Shown here one piece after another: positions 1 to 13,030 of a stretch of 64,000 nt of DNA (position 1 is the stretch's first letter; every line of letters starts with the position of its first letter). Below the pieces are notes generated by a model. That model searched no databases. It was not told the origin of the DNA and was given only the letters and a program-made list of their open reading frames with translations. The stretch is from the NCBI GenBank assembly GCA_964270895.1, contig OZ185450.1. One strand, given 5' to 3'. The stretch is from Podarcis filfolensis. Its lineage: Eukaryota. Both the position numbers and the translations under genes were made by a program.

Positions 1-314
1 CCACTTTGAGCCTCTTCGTGCAAGGCAAAGAATGGTCCTTTCCTGTTGGAGCGTTGTGATTCCTGATCAGGATCTAGTTTCTGGCAGTCATGGGCATGAA
101 GTTTCTGAGCAGCTATTTTGAGGGATAGCAGCGGTGCAATGAGGCCAGGCCACAGTGAGGCAGGTCTTGTAGCAAACAACATGAGAGAAATGCCTTTGCT
201 GCTCAGGGTGAGGAAACTTCTGTCCCTCCTGATGTTTCTGGACTACAACTGCCATCATCTCTTGCCATTGGGCATGCGGGATGGAGGTGATGTGTGTTTG
301 GATTCCAACAGGGC

Positions 315-845
315 CAAAAGAAAGTGCTTGTGCATGCAACACATAATTAAAGTATGGAACTCACTCCCACAAGAAGCAGTGGTGGCCATCAGCTTGGATG
401 ACTTTCAAGGAGGATGAGATAAATGCAAGGAGAATAAGACTACCAACAGCCGGGATGGATGTGCTCTGCTTCCACTGTCAGAAGTACCGTAATATGCTTC
501 TGAATACTACTTGCTGTAAACTGCCCTCTGTCTGCTCCTCAGAGCTGGCACATCACATAGGGCTGGGCCTCGGTGGTGGCAGCCTCTCTTCCTTGCCCAC
601 TCCATAGCAGCCACTACAAGCTGCCCAAGGGAGGAGGCCGGCAGCACTGGCCCTGGTGAGGCCACAGGATGCTCCCTCACAACCACTGCCACCATTGTTT
701 GGTTCATCCTCCTTCCCATGCTTGGTGGTACTGAATTAGTGGAGAAAATAGGGACATTTGGGGGGATATGTAGGCTGGCTAGATACTGTGAGAACAGGAT
801 GCTGGACTAGATAGGCCCTTTGCCTGATCCAGTAGGGTTCTTTTT
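315..845 (+). mobile_element. CR1 LINE 3' end (ORF2 C-terminus and 3' UTR), interrupted by an unrelated insert at about 520-770
   Basis: Translation HIIKVWNSLPQEAVVAISLDDFQGG matches the CR1 ORF2 C-terminal motif. 775-845 (TGTGAGAACAGGATGCTGGACTAGAT...CTGATCCAG) resembles the squamate CR1 3' UTR. Confidence 0.7.
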
Positions 846-1384
846 ATAACACAGATTCCACATTCCTGTATTACTCAGGATCTTTTCTAGGAAGAAAGGC
901 CTACCCACCTGCCCTGCATTGGCCTATTCTGTGCAAGATGCTTCTTTGTTTTTTTCTATATTTCCCTCTGTTTCAGGCCTGGGGAACCTAAGGGCCAGAG
1001 GCTAAATGTGTCTCTAGGCCTCTTTACCCAGCCCACGTGAATCTCCCCAGGCTACACCCTCCACATCCTCCATCCTTACAATACACACACCCTCAAGTGC
1101 CTTAGTCTTTCTACAATGCTTGTCTGAACGGAGGACGGGCAGCATTGTGTGTTTGTAAAAATCATCAACTTTGTGCAGCTGGAGTGCAGCCTCCTGTACA
1201 AAGGAAAGAGCCACGTCTGTTGCTTTTGCCACTTCTTTCCCTGCTCCTCTCCATCAGGAGTAGGAATCAAGGCTAATGAAAGAGAATTTCTGAATGAAGC
1301 ACGATGGCTTCATATTGTGAAAATGGTCTCAGTTAGGGTGGGTGGAAGGAGGTGAGACACAATCACAGATTCAGAAGCTGTGCC

Positions 1385-1500
1385 AGCAAGCACTGTCCAG
1401 AGGGGTAATTGTGTTAGCCTGTTGCAGTCTTGTGAAAGTCTTGTGACGACTTAAAGACTGGCACCTTTTATTATGGCATAAGCTTTTGTGGGCTAGTCTT
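1385..1500 (+). mobile_element. Penelope-like element terminal-repeat remnant
   Basis: GGGTAATTGTGTTAGCCTG...GAGTCTTGTG..CTTAAAGACT...TTATTATGGCATAAGCTTTTGTGGGCT resembles reptile Penelope terminal sequence as I recall it; degraded. Confidence 0.45.
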
Positions 1501-2244
1501 TGAGGTGCAATGGTGCAGATAAGTAAATACTGAGAATTCTTAATAGATCTAGTTTGAATGATACTTGGCTAAGCTGGGAAGCAGGAGAACTAATCATGCA
1601 GAAAAATTATAGAAGGACCAAAACCAATTTTAGGCTCTCATACACATATATTTTGTTACTCCAGAAGCACTCCAGATTTGGAAGAGTTAAAAAGCTCACT
1701 GCTACTCAAGAGGCTTGTTCCCAGCATCTTCTATAAAGGACTTCCAAAGACTCGTTAAGAGGGACAACATTCGGTAATGAAGCCCTCTTGCATCCCCCTT
1801 GGTAGTAATAATCACAACGTGTAGAAAATGAGCATCTCTTGGTGATATTTACGTATCCCAGCAACAAAAGACATCCTGTTCTGTAATTCAGCAAGAAAGA
1901 AAAAAGCAGCAAAAGGGGAAGCCAAACATATACAGGCTTTCCATGGAAACTAGGTCAAAGCATTCAGGATAACAACCCTGAATTCAACAGACCCTGGCAA
2001 CTTTGGACAATACCAGGCTTTCAGAACGCTGAAGGTTATTTGAGAAGGGAGAAGTGCTTGTTCGGAGCTCCAGGAAACCTGCTGACCTCATCATAAAGAA
2101 AGCAGAACATTTCCCAGAGACAGGATGCAGTAACTTTTCAACATGTCTGCAAAGGGACATGGAAATTTCCTTTGTACCAGGTGAGACCATTTGCTTACCT
2201 AGCTTGTTATCATGTACTCTGTCAGACAGCAGCTACCCCTTTTA

Positions 2245-2315
2245 ACTGGAGATGCTTGGGATTGTGACTGGGACCTTCTGCATGCAAAGCCTGAGCTCTA
2301 CCACTGACTTGTGAT
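2245..2315 (-). mobile_element. tRNA-derived SINE head (Squam3-like), partial
   Basis: GGGACCTTCTGCATGCAAAGC...CTCTACCACTGA is the reverse complement of a tRNA-like head with A and B boxes. Confidence 0.55.
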
Positions 2316-5089
2316 GTCCCTGTTTGGTCCTTGGGAAGCACACAGAGGCAGATTTCCTCATTCTTTAGGTTCCTCACCCATCAGCACTTGAGTTGGGAAC
2401 AACTAACCCTGCACCATCTCTTCCAGGGATGACAGACTTGTGGCCTTCAAGATGTTGCTGAATCACAACTCCCATCATCTTTGATCATGGGCCATGCTGG
2501 CTGGGGCTGGTGGGAACTGGAGTCCAATAGCATCGGGGGGGGGGGGGGCTACACAGGTTAACACTGTACATGCATAGACATCTAAATTGATTTGGGGTTC
2601 TACACAAAGCTTTTGATCTGACCTAGGATGGTCCAGGGTTCATACCAATTTGGGGCCTTACACAGTCATGTGTTTGGGAGTGGGCAAAATGAGATATGAC
2701 TCTCCTTTCCCACACCTCCCAAATGTATGTTTCTTCAGGGTTTAAAACCCAGATAAACATATGGTTGTGGGAGAGAAAAGGACACATATAGGCCACTTTC
2801 ATGTCATACCCACTCCAGCCAACCACCCCCTTTGACAGTCCTGAATCACTCCAAGTGGAACCAGCTAGCCCTGAGGTGATCTGGTGCTGCTTCAACATAA
2901 TCTGGCTAAATCCTGAGTCAATGCAAATTGGCCTGTTTCTATGCAGAATCTGGCTGGATTTAGTGCACAGCCGTATTCGCCACCCCTGATCTATTGCATC
3001 TTGCAAGTGGATCTCCCTCACAAGGCCTTAAATGTATTGTGGTAATGGCTGATCCAATTCAATGCTGCTGCCACTCTGTCCACACCAACCATCCTGCTGC
3101 CTTGATCCTCCCCTCTTGGTAACCAGCAGCGACATGTTGTGTTTGGAATCTGGGTCACCAATGCAGCCCCGCCCACGTCATCATCCACTCCTAAATGTAC
3201 TTGCTCATTTCTTCTTCTTTGCACTGTTGCTTCTTGACTTCACATCGTGTCTGTAAGAAATTTAACCTTTCTGGCAGAAACCTGCCTCTTTCACTCTCTG
3301 AATAGCACTTCGTTGAATTTTAAGCAATGATGATAATGATGGTAATGATGGAACCGCAATGGTGAGGCTGCTGGGAATGGTCCCAGCACCACTCTGCCTT
3401 ATTATTTATTTCAAAATGCATCGATCCTACTCTCTCAACCATTCATCCGCTCATACGGGCTCCCAATAAAATATCAATAGAACAATCATCATAAACAAAA
3501 ACTGATCTATAAAGCATACAATAGAACAGCAAAGAGGGTAGAAAAAGTGAGAGAAAATAAACAGAATGGGAATAATTGAATCAGAGGAGCTGAAACATAT
3601 GGTATCCCAAGCAATTGCTAAAATAACTCTGAAAGGCCTCCAAGTTGAAGCTTAGGCAGGCCACCTGAGGCAGGAGATACTGGGTTGTATCCAACTAAGT
3701 TCTTGTAAGAGTAGACTGAATGAAATAAATGAACCCAAGTCTTTTCTAATAATTTCAATAGCTCTACTCTAGTAGGACCAGCAGTGGATGCAACCCATGG
3801 AGCCAGGTGCAAAGAGCTAGCCCATGTCCTCATCAGGGTCACTGATGGCCATGGACAGACTCAAAAATTGCATGGTCCTTTCAGAAGCTGGAGTGAGGGT
3901 CTCATGTTTGAGCTACTGCAACCCAGTAGTTTTAATACATGCATTTTTGGAGCACTTTTCCTGGGGTGGCCAGCTCACCATGCCACACTCCCTGCCATCT
4001 CCACCATACCCCACTCTTTGCCTCTCATTAAACACAGCAATGTGGCTGACAAGAGGTCAAGTACACAACCTTCCTCGTTGGCCAGCCCTGTGCTTTCCTC
4101 TAATACACACTTTTTTTCTACACTACACTACACTTTTTTTTGTTCTTGGTTGGAAAACTGCATTGCAAAATTGAGAAGAGTGGATTTTGAAAGATAGTCC
4201 TTCTCTGGTTCAGTAAAATACAAACCAAATGAATCCCTCTCCCCTCTTCCTAGGAATCCCTCCAGTATACAAGAGGTCTGCACCAACCTAACTTTGTGAA
4301 CAGATGGAGCATGTTGCAAGTCCTCCCATGAAGACCTTGGCTGAGCATCGGAGGCAGGCACCTTCAGATCCAATCTCCAAAAGGGAAGATGAAGGGGCTA
4401 GACTGTTGTGAAAAATATCCATCTCACCAAGGAATAGAAGAAACAGATGGGTCTTGAGTATGGAAGCCCTCCAGATTCCCTTTCCTGCAATGCCTCCTTG
4501 CCTTGGCACACTCCTTACTGCAATCATGTCTAGCACTTCTCTGCCTGTCGCAGAGTTTAAAAACAACCTGCTTTCATATTGTTACGCTCATTCGCAAGGA
4601 TCCCACACAGGGGCCATGGCTGCCAAAGAAGAACAGCAACCAGCTCAGCATCTCTGCAGGGAGCAATATTTAGCAGTGCACAGCAACGCTGTGTTAACAG
4701 TTGGGGAAGGAAAATAATAGATTGCACTTCCCTAGGGGGGATTGATGGGGTAGGAAGAACACATTTTCCCCATGTCCTGCAAGACCACTGAGACTGGCGA
4801 TGAGAAATCACAATGAAATGTTTATCAGGATGTCACACAGTTGGCCTTTAGAGCAGCAGAAGTCTTTAACCTTCCAATGCAGTTTATGGGGAATGGATCC
4901 ATGACTCAGTGTGGTTTATGGCTCATCCACACTTAAACTTGTCATGTGCCTAGAAAGCACAGGTCCTAGCGGTTTCGCATTTGTCCGCTACTTTCCCCAG
5001 GAAAACCTGCTCTTTAGTGTTAAATCAGTGCAAATGTCAATATGGGGGAAACTAAAGACTGCTGCAGTCTGAAACAGTGTGTTTATGAA

Positions 5090-5165
5090 CTCCTTGATCC
5101 CACCTTCTGAGGTGAGGTGGGTGGCCACAGGAGAAAGAGCCTTCTCAGTGGTAGTGTCCACCAGT
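5090..5165 (+). mobile_element. L2 LINE ORF2 C-terminal fragment
   Basis: Translation EVRWVATGERAFSVVV matches the L2 ORF2 'RAFSVVAP' region. Confidence 0.6.
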
Positions 5166-5834
5166 GGTTGCACAATTAGGACATGCAACAAAATGTTGCA
5201 GCATGGAGTTCTCCTGTTCAGGGTTCCAGTCAGCCATGCCCTTTTCCCGGATGCTCTATTCCATTCTCCTCCCCTCCAGTTTTTCATGTTTGTGTATCCA
5301 TTCCCCAACAGTCAGTAAGCATTCTGCGCTGACTCAGCATGCCAAATCCTCACTGAGCTTTTGAGGGGGGTGTTATTACTCTCTTAGGGTTCACCCCTAA
5401 CATGCCCCAAACTTGGATCTTGGCATTCATAGTCACCAAGCTACTCATGAACTCAGATGTACATATTTACTTTAGCTCTTGTGGGCTCTGTGAAATTAGC
5501 CGGTGATGCGGCTTAAGGATTTCTTTATTCAACGATGCGTTCCTTTGAGTTGTCTGCCTTATTGTGTGATCACAGCAGGAGAATCTATTTACTAATAAGT
5601 GGGGTTTCCACTCCCCCCGTTAGTTTTCCAAGTCATCTGAATTCCTGTCATGTGTGCTTTGCTTTATTGATTTCTGGGTGAACTTTCAGTACTCCTTATC
5701 TCTGAACCAGTATCTAACAGGTGAAAGTATTTAAGCATGTTGATAGAAGACATGAAAGGATATAGGAGGGAGGGAGGGAGAGTTATACCATCCTGTGATC
5801 TGGCAGCCTGGCCTGCAGTGCAGTTTAGAAATAT

Positions 5835-5995
5835 AGGAAGCTGCGTTGCACTGAGCCAGACCACTGGGTCCATTGGTCCATCTGGCCCAGGATGCTTTCC
5901 CAGCGCTAACTGGAGATGGCAGATATTGAACCTGGGACCTTCTGCATGCAAAACAGATGCATGCAAAACAGATGCATGCTACAGAGTTACAGACC
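5835..5995 (-). mobile_element. tRNA-derived SINE with CR1-like tail (Squam3-like)
   Basis: ATAGGAAGCTGC tail plus GAACCTGGGACCTTCTGCATGC head. Contains an internal 15-bp tandem duplication TGCATGCAAAACAGA. Confidence 0.6.
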
Positions 5996-6874
5996 CTCCC
6001 TAGATTACTGGGAGTTGGCAGGGAGACTGACGCTGTGTGGACACACCATACAATCCTTTAACATCTCATTATTTTTGTCCCACTGCTATGAGGAACAGGA
6101 AAGAAATGTGTTTCTCTAGCCTTAGTGGGAGGAATATATGGATGGGGAGTTCCTCTGAACTGCAGGAAATGTTGTATTGATGGTGATCTTGAAAGAAGAG
6201 GAGAAAATGAGTGTTGGAACGTTTGAAAATCTTAATAATGCTGTGTTATTTTGTTATTTTCATTCTACTATTCCCATTGTGTTCTCCTATACTAGCACTT
6301 CTATCAAACTCTTATATTGTGGATAATACAAATGTGTTTATTTGGTTTAATTGCCTCTGAGTCTGCTTCCACACCAGTCCTAGACTGAACCCTGAAAACC
6401 AATAATAAGAGATTACACATGTACAAGAATTTGTAGATCTAACATTGAACAATTGCTTGTCAAAACTAAAGTGGATAGAATCAGATGCAAGGGAAGTCTG
6501 GGATACTTGTCTGTACCAATAAAGCTACAGTATTAGCATAAGAAATTCAAACTGGTGTATGCAGCACTCTTAGGAACACTCTCTTCCCCCTTTCCCACTC
6601 CCTCTGTGTGTGTTTTCACTCAAGGGCTCTCCCCTTTCACAGGGCTGACCCATACTCCTTCAGGGAGCACCCTAATGGGGGATAGATGAAAGAATTTGCA
6701 TTTGAGTGGCACAAGAACACTCTTGGTCCTAGCATGGTAGGGGATTTGGGGGCTCAAATTCATAGAAAGTCTCGGATTCATTTTGCACATTAAATGTGAC
6801 AATGGGAATCTCAACGGTCGTAACATCAGCCAAACAGGAAGGGAACAAAAAACTCTTATAGTCCATAACATTTT

Positions 6875-7125
6875 ATTTTGTGACTTGCTTGCTTGTTTGT
6901 TTGTTTGTTTAATATCCCTTCATCTGAAGACCTCAGGGCAGTTCACAAGATAAAAATACAGGATAAAAGCAAAAAATAAATAGTTTAAACAAAATAATAA
7001 CCCCCTTCCCACAAAAAAACAACAACCACACATTTAAATGGCCATAGAATATTAATAAACTCATGGCTGAATAGAGGAAATCTGCTGTAAAGGATGCCAA
7101 GGGATGTTGGAAAGTAATCTCTTGC
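6875..7125 (-). mobile_element. L2-like LINE 3' end
   Basis: (TTTG)n tail followed by CCCTTCATCTGAAGACCTCAGGGCAGTTCACA, typical of an antisense squamate L2 3' end. Confidence 0.45.
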
Positions 7126-7987
7126 TGTTTTGTTTTTCGCTCGACTGAGGGAAAGCCAACAATTCCAAGGTCTTCACAACTGACCATGTTAGGACGTGAC
7201 CCTGAATAATCCCAATTAATTAGCACGAGTCTGCCTGCAACCTACCAGGTAGAGTTCAACTACAATTAGGCAGAATGTACTCCCGAACATGACACATCTT
7301 TCGACTTGCCAAAGTGCTCTGTCAAAGCCAAGATCTGAGGCTGAGCTCCAACCAAGTCAAGTCAAAGAGTCAGTAACACCTATGAAGATAGCCTACTGAG
7401 TGCTATCTGTTCGCGGATATTTTAATAGGGGGGATGTTCAGACACTGGCTAGTATTCAACTGAGTTTCTCTCAGAGTAGACATATTGCGATTCATGGCCC
7501 TAACTCAGTTATGTTCATTAATTTCAGAGGATGAACATCCCTGAATGCCTCCCATAACTATATATACTATCATTGCATTCTTGGGTGAGGGTATTCAGGT
7601 GAGACAAATAAAGTACATTCGCTGGACTGTAGACCTTAATGCAGGCCCAATGTGTGCTGGGTCTCAAGTCATTAGAGATATGCATCCACCTCCTCCTCTT
7701 GTTGGGTCTCCTCTTGTCATTCTTGAGGGCCAAAGCTTTCAAAGATTGCATGCCAGACATGGGCACAGTAAGAGCTGATGATTGGCAGGGACAGAGGCAT
7801 GGGAAGAGCCGTGACTGTTAAAGTGGCATAACAGTTTGGCATGGCTTTAAATGTTTGGTGTGGATGTGGCCATTGTTAACCCAACCCCTAACAACTCTCA
7901 GCCCCCCTAACAAGCTACAATTCCCAGGATTCTTCGAGGAACCTGTGACTGTTTAAAGTGGTATTTTACCGCTTAAATTGTTGTGTA

Positions 7988-8334
7988 AAAAGGTAAAGGT
8001 AAAGGGACCCCTGACCATTAGGTCCAGTCGTGGCCGACTCGGGTTGCGGCGCTCATCTTGCTTTATTGAACGAGCATACAGCTTCCGGGTCATGTGGCCA
8101 GCATGACTAAGCTGCTTCTGGAGAACCAGAGCAGCACATGGAAATGTCATTTACCTTCCCGCCGGAGTGGTACCTATTTATCTACTTGCACTTTGACGTG
8201 CTTTTGAACTGCTAGGTTGGCAGAAGCAGGGACCAAGCAATGGGAGCTCACCTCGTCATGGAGATTCGAACCACCGAGCTTCTGATCGGCAAGTCCTAGG
8301 CTCTGTGTTTAACCCACAGCACCACCTGCGTCCC
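7988..8334 (-). mobile_element. Sauria SINE, full length
   Basis: (AAAGGT)n tail, tRNA-derived head, and a 15-bp TSD TTAAATTGTTGTGTA at 7973-7987 and 8335-8349. Inserted into an older MITE. Confidence 0.95.
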
Positions 8335-8454
8335 TTAAATTGTTGTGTAGATACATCCTAATCCAGAATAAAGACCCTCATGCTTGATGGCTGTTTCAGA
8401 CCCTAATGTGGAAATGTTTTTGATGTGATTACTTTCAAAGAAGTATAAAGAAGT

Positions 8455-8467
8455 GTGTGTGTGCGCA

Positions 8468-8497
<30 letters not shown>
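8455..8497. repeat. (TG)n/(CA)n microsatellite
   Basis: Direct reading. Confidence 0.95.
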
Positions 8498-8500
<3 letters not shown>

Positions 8501-9189
8501 TACAAGAGGCCAATGCAGCAACTGTTCTGGGAAGCAAGAGAAAGTTATTTCTTTATGGCGTTCTCTCAGTCCCCTTCTCTCTCCCTCTCCCTCTCCCTCT
8601 CCACTTCTGTCACACACATTATAATATATTTGGCAGATTCCTGCCAATTTATTCTCAGACATCTGGGGAGAGGGGAGGCTACTCAGTTTCCCTAGCCATG
8701 CAACCAGAAACAAAGTTTTTTTTTCCCCTCAAACATTTATTTTTAGTTTCCAAATGTTCTGAGAGCACATAGAAAGAGGGAGAAATACTTTTCAAAGGTC
8801 TGCAGAAAAAAGTAATTAGGAAATGAACAGAAAGGAAGAAACACTGATGGAATGGAAGAATGGGGCAGCTTCTGAAGGCATCGAAGGCTGCATAAAATGG
8901 GGCTGGAAGCCACATGCTGCCTACATGTGAAACAGAAACACACAGAGCCATGCACATAAACCTTCTTACAAAAAAACATGCATGTCAGGAAAGGAGCCAT
9001 TGCTTGGTGGTAGATGTTGTTCATGCAGAAGGTGTTAGTTTCTATCATTGGCACCTCCTGTTACAGGTAGTAGGGAAGCTCTCAGGCATCAGGTCCAAAG
9101 AAAGGCTTTGGAGAGTTGTTTTCACCAGAGATTCTTGAGAAAATTGATTTCTATAGACAACCCGGAAGTCCCACAGAAGCAATGTAGGG

Positions 9190-9260
9190 ATTTGGGAAGG
9201 GCCATAGCTCAAGGGCAGAGCCTCTGCCTTGAATCATGAAGGTTCTAAGTTCAAAGCAAG
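9190..9260 (+). mobile_element. tRNA-derived SINE head, degraded
   Basis: GGGCCATAGCTCAAGGGCAGAGC...GGTTCTAAGTTCAAA contains A-box and B-box-like motifs. Confidence 0.45.
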
Positions 9261-11399
9261 TAAATATACTAATTTAGCTTTCGAAGTACAGGAAGTAAAT
9301 GCAAATATTTTCTTTCCTTATGCGGCTTTCATCAAGCACCTCCAAGTAAAAGGAAATGGCTCCCTCCTGCTCCCTGGACCCCATGGACAGCTGTGCAGGG
9401 AAACATTGCTAGCTGCTGCGTTAGCACACTCCCTTGTCTTCTTTGCTGCTGGGCTTTTGGGGTGGCAGATGCCACTACATGAGCTTCCCAGCAAGTGTGC
9501 TGCTGCTGCTTACCCAGAGGAGGAAGGTGGCGGGAGGTCAGCATGGTGCACATGCACCAGTTAGACAGATTCTGCTGGTGTGTTTGCACCACACTGACCT
9601 CCCCACTCTCTTCCCCCTGTAAGTAAGCAACAGTGGCCCACCTGCTGGGAAGCTAGAATAGCAACTCTGCCCCACCCAGCTAGCTCCTGTGAAATGGAGT
9701 TCCTTCTAGAAGAGAGAACTTGCAGTGACAGCCAGATGGGAGATCAATCCCCTTTCCCAGACTCTTATTACAACTATTGTGTGCAGAAGCTTTTTTCTTT
9801 TGCTTGTCCTGAACATGCTGCCTAATGCATAAACATCCTGTCTGAGGCTAGTGTTCAGAAAATTCTGCTATGACCTGACCTGACCACAATTCTTTCAGCT
9901 TCTTACGCCCCTCTGTATATGGGTTGTGTATTACTGAGAAGCGGCCTTTTGAGAACCTGAAGACTCCATCTGTAAGCTATGCAGCCTTCCTATTGCAGAA
10001 TGGCTGCTATTAAACTAGATTCGTATTTATATACACACTCCCTCTATTGACCTCTGCACCGGGAGTTCATAAAAAACACAGTAGCAGTCTTGTAAAAAAA
10101 GAAAATAAAAGAAAAGCACTTTCCTTCTCAATTGTGAAGGGAAACAGTCCCCTTTTTAAAAAAAGAAAAAGAAAAAAGGTTCAGTATTTGACCATGACTC
10201 TGCTCTTCCCAACCTCCAAATTGTTCAGGCCCGTCTGCTTTTGACCCAGATTATATAAAATCTTCTTTATGAAGCAGACTGCATTGCTGTATTTTGGATT
10301 TCTCCTCTTGGTACCAACTGATTCTCAGAATGCATCGGGGGGGGGGGGCTTTGTAGTCCTTATCCAGGAGGCAAGGGCAGGACAGGCACACACAGCAGGC
10401 TCTCAAAAAGCTGAAACACACAAAGTGATTCCAGCATATCTTCCTCCGTAGAAAGCGCACACTGCCTTGGTCTAGCACAGGCTGGCTAATGAGAGGGGGA
10501 GATGGAAAATAGGATTGAATAGATCAGGAATGAGTCATAAGACTGAGCAGCAAAACAGTCATAGAGGCTTGGAGCTGAGCTACATGATCTCAAGGACCAT
10601 GAAATGCAGTTCCTGATGGGGTGTACTGCTGAAAGTGAAAGACTGTATGTTAGAAAGCATCTCGCTGACAGCAATTCCCTGTATATTAGCTGCTCTTTTT
10701 CCTCAAGGTGTTGAATTTCCATATGCAAGGCACTGCTTTTTTTCAACACTGGTCATCAAACACCCGCTTGCTATCCAAATCCTCCAAGAGATTCATTGTG
10801 TGATTTTTGTTGATCATATGAGATATTTGCAAAACAGAATACGGAGTGATTTGCTTTTCAAAGTTCCTGCTTCTGCTGTAATGGGGCTTTCCCCTGGAAC
10901 TTGTAGATGAGATAAGTGAAGAACTCCAGTGTTCCCAGGAGGCACCTTGCTTTGTACATGAAAGGAGAAAACAAGGGATATCTGAATCACTCCATAAAGG
11001 AGGTTTCAACTTTCCTGTATCCACAATTTGATGCAAAACAGGAGGTACAGAAAGCAAGGTCTGGGACTTATTATATATATATATATATATATATATCAAG
11101 AACTGAATGATTAACAACACAGAATCTCATACACAGCACAACAGGAAAAAAGCTGACATTAAAATCTTCATCATAACAACTTATACAAGTTAACCTTACT
11201 AGTAATAAGGCTGAACACAGTCCAAAGGTCTGGTGGGGTGAATACTTTCACTTTGCTAAGGACGACATTTCAGGGGAATGGCAAACAATTTTCATTTTGG
11301 AATTCCATAATTATGTTCCATGTCCCACACAAACTGTGCTAGATACATGTGAATCCTACCGGCAGAACTCAATAATACCAATTGAAATATTCCTTTGCC

Positions 11400-11400
<1 letters not shown>

Positions 11401-11470
<70 letters not shown>
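11401..11470. repeat. Compound (TC)n(AC)n microsatellite
   Basis: Direct reading. Confidence 0.95.
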
Positions 11471-11472
<2 letters not shown>

Positions 11473-11944
11473 TCCCATAATTTCGTATGTTCTGTCATCC
11501 CTTCAACATTGTCAATAGCTTGTTTCGTTTAAATACCCTAGGTGTTTATGAAAATGTATCATGTGTTCTGAATTCTTAAAAAAATGTTGTCATGATTCAG
11601 TTTACAAAGTCTAATATTTCACAATTGCATACCATCAAATGTGGGTCAGGGAATAGCTGTCAAGATTCTCAGATTAGAATTTAGAACTAATATAACAGTA
11701 TTTGATGCAAATATTTTCTTTTAGAAAAGATGAAGCAAATATTGCAGTTTTAGGACTGGTAACGATACACAGTCTATGATTCCTCATCTGTTGTATGGAA
11801 ATGGAAATCATAAATGATCATGGGGACAATGGCAGAACCAATGTGAAAATGCTGAGCTACTGCAACAATAGCAACATCACGATTGTACCAGTAACTGCAG
11901 CTTACTCTGCTACACACTGGACATGAGATGCACAACAAACTAAG

Positions 11945-13030
11945 AATGGGGGAGAAATTCAATTCAGTTCACATTTGAAGTTTGCATATTGTATATTTTA
12001 TCATTGTAAACTGCTTTAGGTCCTAGATAGCAAAAACTGGTAGACAGATATACAGGCAGTGACCATTTTGTGTGTGTCCAATACCCTACTTCCAACTCAT
12101 GGGTCCTTTTGGACCAGGAAGAGGGCAGAATGGGGGCAGGGCATAACGGCTTATGCACACTCTGCCGACTTGTGTGAGGGCCAGGAATGGACCCCTATGC
12201 AAAATGGTTGCCACATCTATATGAATCTACCTAATCTGTCCATTGCAAAATCATACATGAACTGAAACACGGCCATCATGCAAAATTTACCCTCTGAATT
12301 TTGCAATAGAGTCTTCTAGCCATGAGCAGAAACATGCTTACAGTAAGGTAAATTGCAGACAGAAATCCATATATTTGTAAAAGTAACATGCAAAAATGCA
12401 TGGGAACTGATTTGCAAAAAATGTGTGTATTACACAAAACTGCATAGGAAAAATGACTATTAGGTGAAATTCACACAAAGAGTGTGTCGGGGACTGGGCA
12501 GAGGAGGAATGGTGGAGACTGCCTCCCCAACCTGACCCTTCCAGGGATGAGGAAGAGGAAGACAGTATAGATTTACAACAGGGGGTTGGGGGAGCTCACA
12601 GCTCAGAGGCAGATGAGGGGAAATTTGGGAAATCATGGAAGAACCAGAACAGCTGGTTGACACATTGTCGTTAGAAAGCATTCCAGACCCACCATCTCCC
12701 AGAACCCTGTGGGCCTTAAAAGTAGGAGAGCAAAGAGCTCAAAGACAGAGGGCACATAGCAGCACCTGTAGATGAGGTGATGATGATGACGAATGAAGAA
12801 GTGGGAGAGACGGGGGAGGGGGGAGATTCACTCGGGACAATGCCATTATCCAAAAGGCTGGGTTCTATAGCCTCTCTGTGTAAAGTTTGAAATAAAAAGG
12901 GACTGTAAGAAACTTTCCCTTGTCTTACACTTTCCTGGGCAACCAGCCGGGAGCTGCTGACAGCATCCTGACGGAAGGGAAAGCTGAAAAGCTGAGATAA
13001 ACCAAAATTGACAGATTTGTCAATAGTTAC
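11945..13030 (+). mobile_element. Degenerate AT-rich non-autonomous element (TAGGGATG-terminus family), interrupted by the solo LTR
   Basis: GGGAGAAATTCAATTCAGTTCACATTT start and AAACCAAAATTGACAGATTTGTC end are shared with the copies at 14268, 33411 and 39777. Confidence 0.55.
12485..12972 (+). mobile_element. Solo LTR (probably Gypsy/Ty3-like), copy A
   Basis: Starts TGTCGGGG, has AATAAA near 12890 and ends ..CTGACA/CTGACG. Colinear similarity with the TSD-flanked solo LTR at 57450-57962. No clean TSD. Confidence 0.75.

Noticed and set aside
1440-1520. Hammerhead ribozyme in the Penelope-like remnant
   Set aside because: The CTGATGA core and stem II are not preserved on either strand. Other CTGATGA hits (e.g. 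about 22640, 31945, 53090, 55030) lack a stem followed by GAAA.
1985-2200. Exon-like segment ending CCAG|GTGAGA
   Set aside because: Every frame downstream of the plausible acceptors contains a stop, and the peptide is not recognised.
10269-10451. Signal-peptide-like ORF MKQTALLYFGFLLLVPTDS
   Set aside because: Short, crosses a poly-G run, has no splice support and shows no recognisable homology.
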